A stretch of DNA of 64,000 bases from Candidatus Poribacteria bacterium (GTDB lineage: Bacteria; Poribacteria; WGA-4E; WGA-3G), in NCBI GenBank assembly GCA_028820845.1, contig JAPPII010000010.1:15537-79536 (forward strand). Reading direction: 5' to 3'. Positions 20,353 to 29,698 of the stretch are shown piece after piece (within the stretch, counting starts at the first letter, position 1; each line of letters begins with the position of its first letter). Made by a program: the position numbers and the translations under genes. The notes beneath the pieces are model-generated. The model saw only the letters and a program-made list of their open reading frames with translations, did no database searches and was not told the DNA's origin.

Positions 20353-20910
20353 TCATGAGGTCAATTGTGCCCACGGATAAAGATGGCTCCAATCTTGGCT
20401 GAAGATGACGCGAACAGGTTGATACACTGCTGTCTGTAGCCGTAGAGAAACAGCATACACCAATGCCCTGTGATTTCCATCTTCAAGGTAAAACTTGATT
20501 TTCGGAGCATGCGCCGGTTTCTCATAAGCAGCCAAGGGTCTAATCAACAATTCGCCCATCAAGCGCGGGTCAAATCTCGCGCTGATAATAAAGCAGCCGT
20601 CGAACCACGGTTCATCATGAGAAAGACGCTTAAAGACTTGGAGCGGATGCTGATACGGATATGCCTTCAAAATCCTGTCTACGACATCTTTAAGCGTGCG
20701 GGACTCTCCTTTAGGCGTTAGCGTGTCTACTAAGTTCTTATTACCCGCCCATACATTATCGTTCGCTTCCATGAAAACGAGGTCGTTGAAGTCTGTTTCA
20801 CTCAGCGTGAAGGTCTGATACACCGCGGTGTCGATCTGCTGACGGGTTGCTTCATATTCAGAGGGTGATGCGGATAACCGATTCGCATCCTCTAACAGCA
20901 ATTCTTTCAC
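20353..20910 (-). CDS. Hypothetical protein with possible ParB/Srx-like motif
   Basis: 185-aa ORF. C-terminal YLEDGNHRALVYA resembles the ParB-N DGxHR box. No other recognisable motif. Confidence 0.35.
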   Translation of the reverse strand: MKELLLEDANRLSASPSEYEATRQQIDTAVYQTFTLSETDFNDLVFMEANDNVWAGNKNLVDTLTPKGESRTLKDVVDRILKAYPYQHPLQVFKRLSHDEPWFDGCFIISARFDPRLMGELLIRPLAAYEKPAHAPKIKFYLEDGNHRALVYAVSLRLQTAVYQPVRVIFSQDWSHLYPWAQLTS

Positions 20911-20932
20911 GTTTATCTCCGATTATTATAAA

Positions 20933-22120
20933 TCACGGACACACAAATTTCCCAAGAATTTTCCGAACAGATGCCCCAGTCGCAGAAGGCAAATTTCCAA
21001 CTTGCCCGTGGAGTGTCTCATTTGCCAGAATTGCAAACGCAATCGCTTCCTTGGCATCCGACGAGATACCTGAGTTATCTACGGGTTCAACTGCTGTCCC
21101 GGCTAAGAGTTCACGGAGTCTCCGCATAATCGTTCGATTGTGGACACCGCCACCGCTTACGTAAAGCACGTCTATCGGGTGCTGTTCCACTACAAACTGC
21201 TGAATGTAGTTTGTAATCGTCCGAACCGTCAATTCGGTGAGGGTCGCAATCGTGTCGTTGTCAGCAAGCCGGTGCGAACGACACGCTTCCAGACATTCCA
21301 TTGCAAAGGTATTCCCAAACAGCTCGCGTCCCGTCGTCTTTGGGGGTTGCAGTTGAAAAAAGGGATGCTTTAACCATTCATTCACAAGCCATTGATAAGG
21401 TGTGCCTTGTGCAGCGCGCATACCTGATGTATCATAGCGTTCTCTTCCTTCCGTCATCTCTCTCACGACTGCATCGATACACATATTCCCAGGACCCGTA
21501 TCCGAAGCCGATACACCGTCGGCCGAACAGTCCGCTGGGAGCACTGTGAGATTCGCAATCCCTCCGATGTTCAAAAGCCCCACCGTTTTAACGGAATCAC
21601 GGAACAATAAGTAGTCTGGATAGGAGACCAACGGTGCCCCTTGTCCACCTGCTGCCATATCTGCTACCCGAAAATCAGCAATCGTCGGGATGCCGGTTTC
21701 GTGCGCGATGACCGCAGGTTCGCCAATTTGCAACGTTGATGGATAATGAGAAGCATTTGGATCTCTGGGGAGATGGTGAATCGTTTGACCGTGTGAGCCG
21801 ATAAGGGCAATGTCGTTAGCGGACATGCCGCTTTTTTGTAGGATGTGTTTCGCAGCCTCCGCGAAGAGATGCCCGATATAGAAATTCATCTCACAGATGT
21901 CGTCAACGCGCCCAGTATCGGGATGGCAGAGGGCAAGGATGCGTTGCGGCACCCCGACTGGAAAGGGAAAAGTCTCAAACGCGATTAGATTGACTGTGGT
22001 TTCCAATCCGTGTCCACTAATTTCGACGATGGCTGCATCAATGCCGTCAACTGAAGTCCCGGACATCAAGCCGATAATGTACTTTTTATCTATTTCAAGG
22101 AGTTTGAAAAATTCTTTCAT
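20933..22120 (-). CDS. anmK: Anhydro-N-acetylmuramic acid kinase
   Basis: N-terminal IIGLMSGTSVDGIDAAIVEI and the overall 395-aa layout are typical of AnmK. Confidence 0.9.
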   Translation of the reverse strand: MKEFFKLLEIDKKYIIGLMSGTSVDGIDAAIVEISGHGLETTVNLIAFETFPFPVGVPQRILALCHPDTGRVDDICEMNFYIGHLFAEAAKHILQKSGMSANDIALIGSHGQTIHHLPRDPNASHYPSTLQIGEPAVIAHETGIPTIADFRVADMAAGGQGAPLVSYPDYLLFRDSVKTVGLLNIGGIANLTVLPADCSADGVSASDTGPGNMCIDAVVREMTEGRERYDTSGMRAAQGTPYQWLVNEWLKHPFFQLQPPKTTGRELFGNTFAMECLEACRSHRLADNDTIATLTELTVRTITNYIQQFVVEQHPIDVLYVSGGGVHNRTIMRRLRELLAGTAVEPVDNSGISSDAKEAIAFAILANETLHGQVGNLPSATGASVRKILGKFVCP

Positions 22121-22265
22121 GGTGAGATGGTATGTTATCAGAGTTCTAATCCTTTTTCAAGTATAAAAACTTTGACCCAGATCCATTCAATTGTCGGTTT
22201 TTCGATCCGTTTTTGAAACCTCCAGGCCCGGTAGGCACGGTTTCCTAACCGTGCCGGTTTTAAGC

Positions 22266-22294
22266 TTGCGTTTCTGAGGCGGATAGTGTATACT
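22266..22294 (+). promoter_or_regulatory. Sigma-70-type promoter TTGCGT-N17-TATACT with TG extension, for the Uma2 gene
   Basis: cttgcgtttctgaggcggatagtgtatact read directly. Confidence 0.45.
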
Positions 22295-22357
22295 CATAGG
22301 TGGCAACTCTAAAACCCAAACGTGTTTTTTCAAACAATAACTACAAGGAGGAGACAG

Positions 22358-23086
22358 ATGGCAAGGTATGAAGAAAATCGTGGGGATCTGGGTTCTGCCC
22401 CGACTCAAGACAGCCAACTGTATCCCGAAACGGATGGCAAACCTATGGCAGCAAGTGATGAGCATAGACGTGTACTGATGAATCTGCTGCGTCTGCTTGA
22501 AGCGTTTTTTGCTCAGACCCCAGATACTTACGTCTCTGGAGATATATTGATGTATTATCTTGAGGGGGACCCTCGGAAAGTCGTGTCCCCTGATGTTCTG
22601 GTTACTTTCGGCGTTGGGCAGAAGCTCCGCAAGACATATCGCGTCTGGCAAGAGGGGAAATGCCCGGATTTCGTGCTGGAATTGTCGAGTGAAACGACTT
22701 ACAGGAACGACTTGCGGGAAAAGATGGAACTTTACGCGATATTAGGGATCCCCGAATATTTCTTGGCGGATATAGAGGGGTTATACTTACCAACGCCACT
22801 TATGGGGTTTAGATTAGTAGATGGGGTTTATGAGCCGGTGTCGCCTGGCAGAGACGGTGCGGTGCATGCCTCGGTTCTCGGTTTAGATTTCCACCTGCGT
22901 TTTAGGGATATACAACTTTATGATCCCACCCGGGAGCAGTGGCTTCAGTTACCTGAAGAAGCCGCAGAAACTCGCGCTGAACAAGCAGAAACTCGCGCTG
23001 AACAAGCAGAAACTCGCGCTGAACAAGCAGAAACTGAAGCTGCAGCATTGCGCGCTGAACTCGCCCGCTTGCGGGGGAACCCCTGA
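22358..23086 (+). CDS. Uma2-family (DUF820) endonuclease
   Basis: AGGAGG lies 6 nt before the ATG at 22358. YPETDGKPMA, VSPDVLV, PDFVLELSS, EYFL motifs. C-terminal AETRAEQ x3 repeat. Confidence 0.8.
   Translation: MARYEENRGDLGSAPTQDSQLYPETDGKPMAASDEHRRVLMNLLRLLEAFFAQTPDTYVSGDILMYYLEGDPRKVVSPDVLVTFGVGQKLRKTYRVWQEGKCPDFVLELSSETTYRNDLREKMELYAILGIPEYFLADIEGLYLPTPLMGFRLVDGVYEPVSPGRDGAVHASVLGLDFHLRFRDIQLYDPTREQWLQLPEEAAETRAEQAETRAEQAETRAEQAETEAAALRAELARLRGNP
22964..23037 (+). repeat. 21-bp tandem repeat (gcagaaactcgcgctgaacaa x3.5) encoding AETRAEQ repeats in the Uma2 gene
   Basis: Read directly. Confidence 0.9.
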
Positions 23087-23128
23087 TCCTTCCGCTCTCA
23101 AGCCTCCGATAGGTTGTGGGTGCCTTGA

Positions 23129-24355
23129 TTAATTGTAGGTGTAATATTGTTTTGCGTTATCAACCCATGTCTGTAGTGCTGGAATCCACTTTTTTTCTAT
23201 TTCGTCAACAGACTTCCCATTCATAAGATCGTTTCGGAGCCAGTTATTTCCTGCTAACCTGTCAAAGTGCGAGGTTCGGAACGCAAAATGATCGCTGTAT
23301 TCAGATGTAAGGGTAACTAACATGTAAATGGCTGTTTCTATTGGATGGAAATGTTCCCTATCCGTAACGTGAATTGCGACCCCACCACAAGTCTGTTTTG
23401 CGTGTTTTGTGCTCTCAGTGGCGGGAGCGGGTGTAAAAACAATAGGTCGGAATCGGACACCCGGAAGCCCCAATCCATTCAGTGTTTCTGCCCATTTTTC
23501 ACTATCACACCAAGGCGCGCCGATGTATTCAAACGGCTTCGTCGTTCCGCGCCCTTCGCTCATATTTGTCCCTTCAAATAGACATAAACCCGGATAGAGC
23601 GTCGCCGTTGTGAGGGTCGGCATATTCGGTGATGGCGGCACCCATTGCAAACCTGTGTCGTCGTACCACATCCGACGTTCGTATTCCTGCATCGGCGCGA
23701 CTTTTAACCGACACGACGGTACACGTTCTGCTTTCAGTAACATCGCCAGCTCACCGATTGTCAGACCGTAGCGCATCGGTATCGCGTGTATTCCGACAAA
23801 AGATTCAAACCCACTTGCTAATACAGCTCCTTCTACAGTCGTGCAGCCAATCGGATTTGGTCGGTCAGCGACGATAAATTCTACACCGTGGTCGCTTGCG
23901 GCTTCCATTGCATAGAGCAATGTCGAAATGTAGGTATAGTAGCGCGCCCCTACATCCTGCATATCGTAGACAAGCACATCTATCCCTTCAAGTTGTTCCG
24001 ATGTCGGACGCATAGATTGTCCGTATAGACTGAAAACTTTTTTAACGATTAAATCTGGGCTGCTGCGGACGTTGTCCTTGCAGGTTTTCGGCGAGGTTAA
24101 CGCGCTGTTGACGGCAACACCATCTTGTACGGAACCCCAGAATCCATGCTCTGGCGAGAAAATTGCAGAGAGTTGACAATCAGACGCTTCCGCGAGAAGT
24201 CGATAGTTGCTCCGTAAGGTAGCATCAACACCTGTGTGATTCGTAATCAATCCTATGGATTTCCCTTGAATCCAGTCGCGTTTTTCTGTGAGTAAGACGG
24301 TCAATCCTAATTTAACTTTATGGGATCGCTTTATGAAAGACATCTGTTTTCTCAC
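23129..24355 (-). CDS. DUF1343 family protein (NamZ-like exo-beta-N-acetylmuramidase)
   Basis: GLITNHTGVD and FSPEHGFWG motifs. The start may instead be the ATG at 24343. Confidence 0.8.
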   Translation of the reverse strand: MRKQMSFIKRSHKVKLGLTVLLTEKRDWIQGKSIGLITNHTGVDATLRSNYRLLAEASDCQLSAIFSPEHGFWGSVQDGVAVNSALTSPKTCKDNVRSSPDLIVKKVFSLYGQSMRPTSEQLEGIDVLVYDMQDVGARYYTYISTLLYAMEAASDHGVEFIVADRPNPIGCTTVEGAVLASGFESFVGIHAIPMRYGLTIGELAMLLKAERVPSCRLKVAPMQEYERRMWYDDTGLQWVPPSPNMPTLTTATLYPGLCLFEGTNMSEGRGTTKPFEYIGAPWCDSEKWAETLNGLGLPGVRFRPIVFTPAPATESTKHAKQTCGGVAIHVTDREHFHPIETAIYMLVTLTSEYSDHFAFRTSHFDRLAGNNWLRNDLMNGKSVDEIEKKWIPALQTWVDNAKQYYTYN

Positions 24356-24426
24356 GGTATATGGGGGGAGCCTTGTCCCTACACTATGGTAGGCAATCGT
24401 GACGGTTACAAATCGACTGACAACTA

Positions 24427-25455
24427 TTAAAATATGAGACTGTGGAACATTTTCCGAAATTCGATAATGCCGCGCCGGTCAGCGTCAGGGTGCACTCGAT
24501 TTGTCAACAGAATCGCTGCGAGTTTTCTCTTTAGGCAGATCCGTATTGACGTGCCTGTGAAGCCTGTGTGATAGAGACACCCATCGTCCGTTACAGCCCA
24601 TCCGGTGCATCGACATTCCCCTTCTGCTGAAGCGACCTGTTGCAGGGTCTGAAGGCTCTCTGGACGTAGCAAGGCACCACCGTTATCCATCAGTGCCCTG
24701 CAAAATTTTCCGAGATCCGTTGATGTAGAAAAGAGTCCAGCATTGCCTGAAACACCCCCTAAAAAGTGGGCGTTCTCGTCGTGGACTTGCCCAATAATCA
24801 CGCCTTCTCGCCAGTCGTAGCGTTCATAATTTACCATTCTGCGTTCAAAACTATTAGAATCTTCCGTTGCCGCACAATCTTCACGACAAGCCTGTGGTGG
24901 ATTGAACTGTGTTGATTCCATGCCGAGTGGCGCGAAGATACGCTCCTGCGCCAATTTATCTAAGGATTCTCCGGTTACCCTTTCCAAGAGTTTCCCCAAC
25001 ACAATGTATCCCAAACAGCTATATACCGCCTTCTCACCCGGCTGAGATTCCAATGCGACTTCGGCGAGGTAGGGAATTACGTTCCCACGTGAAGGTGCTC
25101 GCAAATAGAGCGGTAACCAAGCAGGGAGTCCTGAGGTATGTGTCAGTAGGTGGACAAGCGTTACGTTTGTGTGTTTAAACGCTGGCAGGTATTTCGCCAC
25201 CGGTGTGTTGAGGGAGAGTACACCCCTTTCAACTAACTGCATGCAAAGCGTTCCAACAACAATAGGTTTCGTCAGCGATGCTAAATCAAACAACGTTGTC
25301 TGAAGCATCGGTAAACGTTTCGGCTTCACGCATCGGAAGCCGAATGCCTTGTGGTAAAGCACTTTTTTATCCGTGAGAATGTAGGCGACAGCTCCAGGAA
25401 AAACCTTTTCTGCAATACTGTTTTCGATAAGCCTCGGAATTGATTCTTTTATCAA
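24427..25455 (-). CDS. Beta-lactamase-fold serine hydrolase (PBP/esterase family)
   Basis: SxxK motif in FDLASLTKPIVV. 342 aa, class C-like layout. Confidence 0.8.
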   Translation of the reverse strand: MIKESIPRLIENSIAEKVFPGAVAYILTDKKVLYHKAFGFRCVKPKRLPMLQTTLFDLASLTKPIVVGTLCMQLVERGVLSLNTPVAKYLPAFKHTNVTLVHLLTHTSGLPAWLPLYLRAPSRGNVIPYLAEVALESQPGEKAVYSCLGYIVLGKLLERVTGESLDKLAQERIFAPLGMESTQFNPPQACREDCAATEDSNSFERRMVNYERYDWREGVIIGQVHDENAHFLGGVSGNAGLFSTSTDLGKFCRALMDNGGALLRPESLQTLQQVASAEGECRCTGWAVTDDGCLYHTGFTGTSIRICLKRKLAAILLTNRVHPDADRRGIIEFRKMFHSLIF

Positions 25456-25537
25456 TGGTTAATCTTTCTCCACAATAGCGAGATCTCCAATCTCATGTCA
25501 GCAATCAGGATCATTCAGTTTTCCAATAATTTACGTC

Positions 25538-25594
25538 CGGAAGCCCGAACTTGTTCGGGAAAAGTGTGCCTCCCCGAATAAATTCGGGCATCCA
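25538..25594 (-). repeat. REP-like doublet of the palindromic unit GGATGCCCGAAYTTRTTCGGG
   Basis: cggaagcccgaacttgttcggg...ccccgaataaattcgggcatccag. Its reverse complement aligns with 43613-43678. Confidence 0.8.
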
Positions 25595-25801
25595 GAAACG
25601 GGAAGGCTTCAGATATGTAAACTTAACCCTTAAAACTAAATAGCCCTGTGTCAGCAATCGTTTTTAGTTGACGGATAGACTACATATATGATACACTACT
25701 TGTTATATTTTTTTAAGTATTTTTTCACTTAAGAGTTAGGTCGCAACTTGTATTGCCTTACATTGTCCAGTGCGTGTGTCTGGCAGCTCGGAGTGTGGAT
25801 C

Positions 25802-26167
25802 ATGAGTTTACCGCCAAAAGAAATTCAGGATATAGTGACAACTGAAAAGCCTTGGGGTGGTTTCATACAATATGTGCTCAATCAGCAAGTTACCGTCAAA
25901 ATCTTAGAAATTCGGGCGGGTGAACAGGTGAGTTATCAGTATCATCACCATCGGAGCGAGTTGTGGATTCCACTTGATGAGGGTGCTTGCGTGAAGTTGA
26001 ACGGCACGATTCAGCGTCCTGAACCTATGGAACCCGTCTTCATTCCGCAAGGTGCGAGACACCAACTCATCGGTGAATCTAAGGATTACCGGATCCTCGA
26101 AATTGCGTTCGGCGACTTTGACGAAGAAGACATCGTTCGCCTTTCGGACAAGTATGGAAGGGCTTAA
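25802..26167 (+). CDS. Cupin-domain protein (type II phosphomannose-isomerase-like)
   Basis: GGAG lies 8 nt before the ATG at 25802. KPWGGF and SYQYHHHRSELW cupin motifs. Confidence 0.75.
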   Translation: MSLPPKEIQDIVTTEKPWGGFIQYVLNQQVTVKILEIRAGEQVSYQYHHHRSELWIPLDEGACVKLNGTIQRPEPMEPVFIPQGARHQLIGESKDYRILEIAFGDFDEEDIVRLSDKYGRA

Positions 26168-27563
26168 TTCAGAGGAGATTTTGTTGGATAGAAGAATTTA
26201 TCTTTCGCTTGGGGAGTCCCCATCGGTTAAGGGCAAACAATCGACGGAGCAAAAGGTTGATATTGCCTTAGAAAAAATTCATGCCTTATTTCAGGAAGAG
26301 ATGTCAGCACCGCTTTCGGCGTTGGAAGCCGATCTTCGTGCTTGGACCCGGAGCCATCTCCAGACCGAAAATATTGCCGAGGTCGCTACGTTAGCGGCGC
26401 GGGCGCGTGAAGAATTTTCGGTGCTTGTCATCATCGGTATAGGCGGTTCTGACCTAAGTGCGCGAGTCTTTCACGATTCTTTCAACCACCCGTATCATAA
26501 TTTACTGTCGCCTGAAGAACGCGGCAGTGCCCCTGAAGTGTATTTTACCGGTGATACATTTGACCCTCGTAAACTCGCTGGCTTGCTTGAGATGCTTAAA
26601 GCGAGAAATCTTCTCCACAAAACCCTTTTCAACGTCATCAGCAAGTCCGGCACAACAACTGAGACGATGGCTACGCTGATGATTATCCGCGAGGCACTTG
26701 ACACTGTAGACTGGCAACAGCAGGTGCTTGCTACTACGGGATTGACCTCTGACAGTGTCCTATTCCGAATGCACGAGCAATCGCCTTTCTACGGTGAGAC
26801 GCTGCTTCCTGTTCCTAATGGCGTTGGCGGACGGTTTTCTGCTTTTTCTCCGGTCGGTCTGTTCTTCCTTGCCGCGACAGCTGGAAAAGGAGAGACCCCG
26901 GAGACCCGAACCCGTTCGGCATTAGAAGGGGTCGGACAAGCACATGACGACTTCAAACTGCCTCATCGACATCAAGACAACATCGCCTATCAACTCGCAC
27001 GTTGGATTCATCTTGCTGAGGAAGTGGAGGGGAAAGGCACTATTATTTTTTACAATTATGCCGATAATACCTGCCTTGGTGAGTGGTTCGTCCAACTTTA
27101 TACGGAATCTATTCAGGAACGCGGCTCCGGTGCTAACGTCATACCGGCGAAGGGACCTACAAGCAACCACTCAAGTCTCAACGGTATCATCGCCGGTCCG
27201 AGAGATAAAGTCGTTCTTTTTATTCATTGGGAGGAATTGGGAACGGATTTAGTCCTTCCAACAAACACCGGAGTGGACAGCAAATTGATTGCGTTTGAAG
27301 GGATGTCCATGACGCACATGCAGACGGCTTCCTATCGCGGGACTGCCTTGGATTTTAGCAACAAGGGTGTATCCAATGCAACGCTAACCCTTCCCAAACG
27401 AGACATCCAGTCTGTTTGTCAACTCATGCGTGTTTTAATGGATACTATTGCTGTGAAAGGTAAACTTCAAGGCTTACACCTTGACAATACGGGTGGCAAC
27501 GAACTAACATATCTTCAAGATGGGGTTGAGGGTTATAAGCAGAATTTCCGATCCTTTTTATAG
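26154..27563 (+). CDS. pgi: Glucose-6-phosphate isomerase
   Basis: GIGGSDLSARVF and ISKSGTTTET motifs. The ATG at 26154 overlaps the cupin stop by 14 nt. Confidence 0.85.
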   Translation: MEGLNSEEILLDRRIYLSLGESPSVKGKQSTEQKVDIALEKIHALFQEEMSAPLSALEADLRAWTRSHLQTENIAEVATLAARAREEFSVLVIIGIGGSDLSARVFHDSFNHPYHNLLSPEERGSAPEVYFTGDTFDPRKLAGLLEMLKARNLLHKTLFNVISKSGTTTETMATLMIIREALDTVDWQQQVLATTGLTSDSVLFRMHEQSPFYGETLLPVPNGVGGRFSAFSPVGLFFLAATAGKGETPETRTRSALEGVGQAHDDFKLPHRHQDNIAYQLARWIHLAEEVEGKGTIIFYNYADNTCLGEWFVQLYTESIQERGSGANVIPAKGPTSNHSSLNGIIAGPRDKVVLFIHWEELGTDLVLPTNTGVDSKLIAFEGMSMTHMQTASYRGTALDFSNKGVSNATLTLPKRDIQSVCQLMRVLMDTIAVKGKLQGLHLDNTGGNELTYLQDGVEGYKQNFRSFL

Positions 27564-27600
27564 GGACTGTTAGTACACTGACAACTGACAACGAAAGAAA

Positions 27601-29658
27601 ATGAGGAATAAATTCTCCGCCTTACGGCTTCAGGATAAAATATTTATCGCCTACGGCTTCGTCTTCCTCGTGATGTTTGGCGTTATTTTTGGTAGCACCA
27701 ATTTCCTGATTCGACTTGCCTTTAAAAGGGAAATTGATAGTTATGTTAAAACCCTTCAGGCACAAGTTTCAAACAAGTACCGTGCTTTCGTTGAAACCGT
27801 TGAAAAGAAAGTCCACGCCGCAGCCACCGATGTGAGACTACATCGGGCTATAGAGCGGCAATCCGACTATGTTTACTTACCAGCAACGGAATTTGATCTC
27901 TTAGCGTACGGGACCCCGGATGGAAAACTTTTGTATCCCGATTTCGGAGGACGGAGGGACGCACGTAGATATGACCCGTTGGAAAGCCGAGGGGGGCATA
28001 TACAACTCAGAAGTATTCCGCAGCAAGGCGATATAGGTCTACAGTTTGTGGTACAGGCAACCGAAGCGGGAGAGTGGGGTTTTGTTACGGGTGGGGACCG
28101 ATTACAAACGTGGTTAGAGGCTCAAACGAATATCCAGTCCGACGAGCATCCCATCTTTCTTGTCGAGAAGCCGCAAATACCAGATTCGGCATCCTTTGGT
28201 TCCGAACCGAAAATGGATGTAGATAATTGGCTCCCGTTAAATAATGCGTCCCGGGAGACACACAGAGATGGGTGGTCTGAAGCATTTTCCAATGCACAAT
28301 CAGCGCGAGAGGTGTTTTTACAAGAAACGGAAGAAAACGGGGGAAGTGCATATACCGCTTTTCGGATAACGCCTTTTAACTCACCGTTTGCCATAGCGCG
28401 TGAAGCAACCCCTGTTGATCTGATTGTCGCGTATTCCCATAAGCGTCAGATGGCATGGCAGCAGCGACTGACGCTCACACTGCTTTTGAGTGGACTTGGT
28501 GGGCTTGTACTGGTTTATCTCATTAGTTATATTATCAGCCGCCTCGTTACCCGTCCTGTTGAGATGCTCCGAGAAGGGGTCAGTCATATTGCTGCTGGTG
28601 ATCTGGATCATCGCGTTAAAATCCAGTCTCTTAATGAGATAGGACAGCTTGCTGAAGGTTTTAACCACATGGCGCAAGAGTTAAAACGGAGTTTAGAGGA
28701 GCGGATGGCCGCAGAACGCGCAGCGACGTGGCGAGATGTCGCGAGACAGGTGGCGCACGAAATCAAAAATCCGCTGTTTCCGATCCGACTCTCCGTTGAA
28801 AATCTGCAGCAAGCAAAATCAAACCCAGAGGTCTTTGAGCAAATATTTGGTGAATGTACCGACACTGTCATTGAAGAGGTTGATCGGATTGGAAAATTAA
28901 TAGATGAATTCCATCAATTCGCTCGGATGCCGAAACTGCAAAAGAAACCGAGCCAACTCAACAACATTGTCCGATCCGTCTTGAACTTATACATGGGTAG
29001 ACAGATACCCAACCTTGAGCAGAACTCCGAAGCCTCAGCGACTGATATAATGCCCGAAGATACTGTCCTACAGAATTCTATAGACAAGTTTTGGCTTGAA
29101 AATGTTTCCAAGATTAAGGTTGAAACCGAGTTAGCACGACTACCGCAGCTGTCGCTTGATCCTGAACAGATCGCCCAAGCCCTCGGCAACCTCTTCAAAA
29201 ACGCAATTGAAGCAATGCCGGATGGTGGGACGCTGAAGGTAAAAACCTATTTCACACCAAATGGAAGTCAGGGGAATAGCGAACCGCGAACCGCGAATAG
29301 CGGACAGCCGAAAACCATCAAAGGGACAGTTTCGCTTGAAATCCAAGATACCGGTCGCGGTATGTCTGAGGAAACGATGGCAAATCTTTTCGTCCCGTAT
29401 TACACGACGAAGGTGGAGACAGATGGTACAGGTTTGGGGATGCCGATTGTCAAGCGGATTGTCACGGAGCACAGTGCCGAGATGGACTGTCAAAGTGCTG
29501 AGAACGTCGGGACGACGGTCCGTATCCGTTTCCCGTATGACCCAAACGCGCCTTCTGAAGACTTAGCTGCAGAATCGGTCTCCGCGCCCGTTGCTGGGAA
29601 GCCGGAAGAATTAACAATACCCGAAACCAAAGAACAGACGATAGACCCTCAGACCTAA
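27601..29658 (+). CDS. Sensor histidine kinase (two TM segments, large periplasmic region, HAMP, HisKA, HATPase_c)
   Basis: H-box VAHEIKNPL, G1 IQDTGRGM, G2 GTGLGMPIV. Contains an in-frame word-repeat insertion (EPRTANSGQP). Confidence 0.9.
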   Translation: MRNKFSALRLQDKIFIAYGFVFLVMFGVIFGSTNFLIRLAFKREIDSYVKTLQAQVSNKYRAFVETVEKKVHAAATDVRLHRAIERQSDYVYLPATEFDLLAYGTPDGKLLYPDFGGRRDARRYDPLESRGGHIQLRSIPQQGDIGLQFVVQATEAGEWGFVTGGDRLQTWLEAQTNIQSDEHPIFLVEKPQIPDSASFGSEPKMDVDNWLPLNNASRETHRDGWSEAFSNAQSAREVFLQETEENGGSAYTAFRITPFNSPFAIAREATPVDLIVAYSHKRQMAWQQRLTLTLLLSGLGGLVLVYLISYIISRLVTRPVEMLREGVSHIAAGDLDHRVKIQSLNEIGQLAEGFNHMAQELKRSLEERMAAERAATWRDVARQVAHEIKNPLFPIRLSVENLQQAKSNPEVFEQIFGECTDTVIEEVDRIGKLIDEFHQFARMPKLQKKPSQLNNIVRSVLNLYMGRQIPNLEQNSEASATDIMPEDTVLQNSIDKFWLENVSKIKVETELARLPQLSLDPEQIAQALGNLFKNAIEAMPDGGTLKVKTYFTPNGSQGNSEPRTANSGQPKTIKGTVSLEIQDTGRGMSEETMANLFVPYYTTKVETDGTGLGMPIVKRIVTEHSAEMDCQSAENVGTTVRIRFPYDPNAPSEDLAAESVSAPVAGKPEELTIPETKEQTIDPQT

Positions 29659-29698
29659 ATGAATCCGCTCTTTGGATGTTTTGATTAGGATAAGGAAC

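Noticed and set aside
22234-22256. Hairpin ggcacggtt-tccta-aaccgtgcc as an intrinsic terminator
   Set aside because: It lies between divergently transcribed genes with no upstream co-directional gene, and only four T residues follow it. It is more likely another REP-like palindrome.
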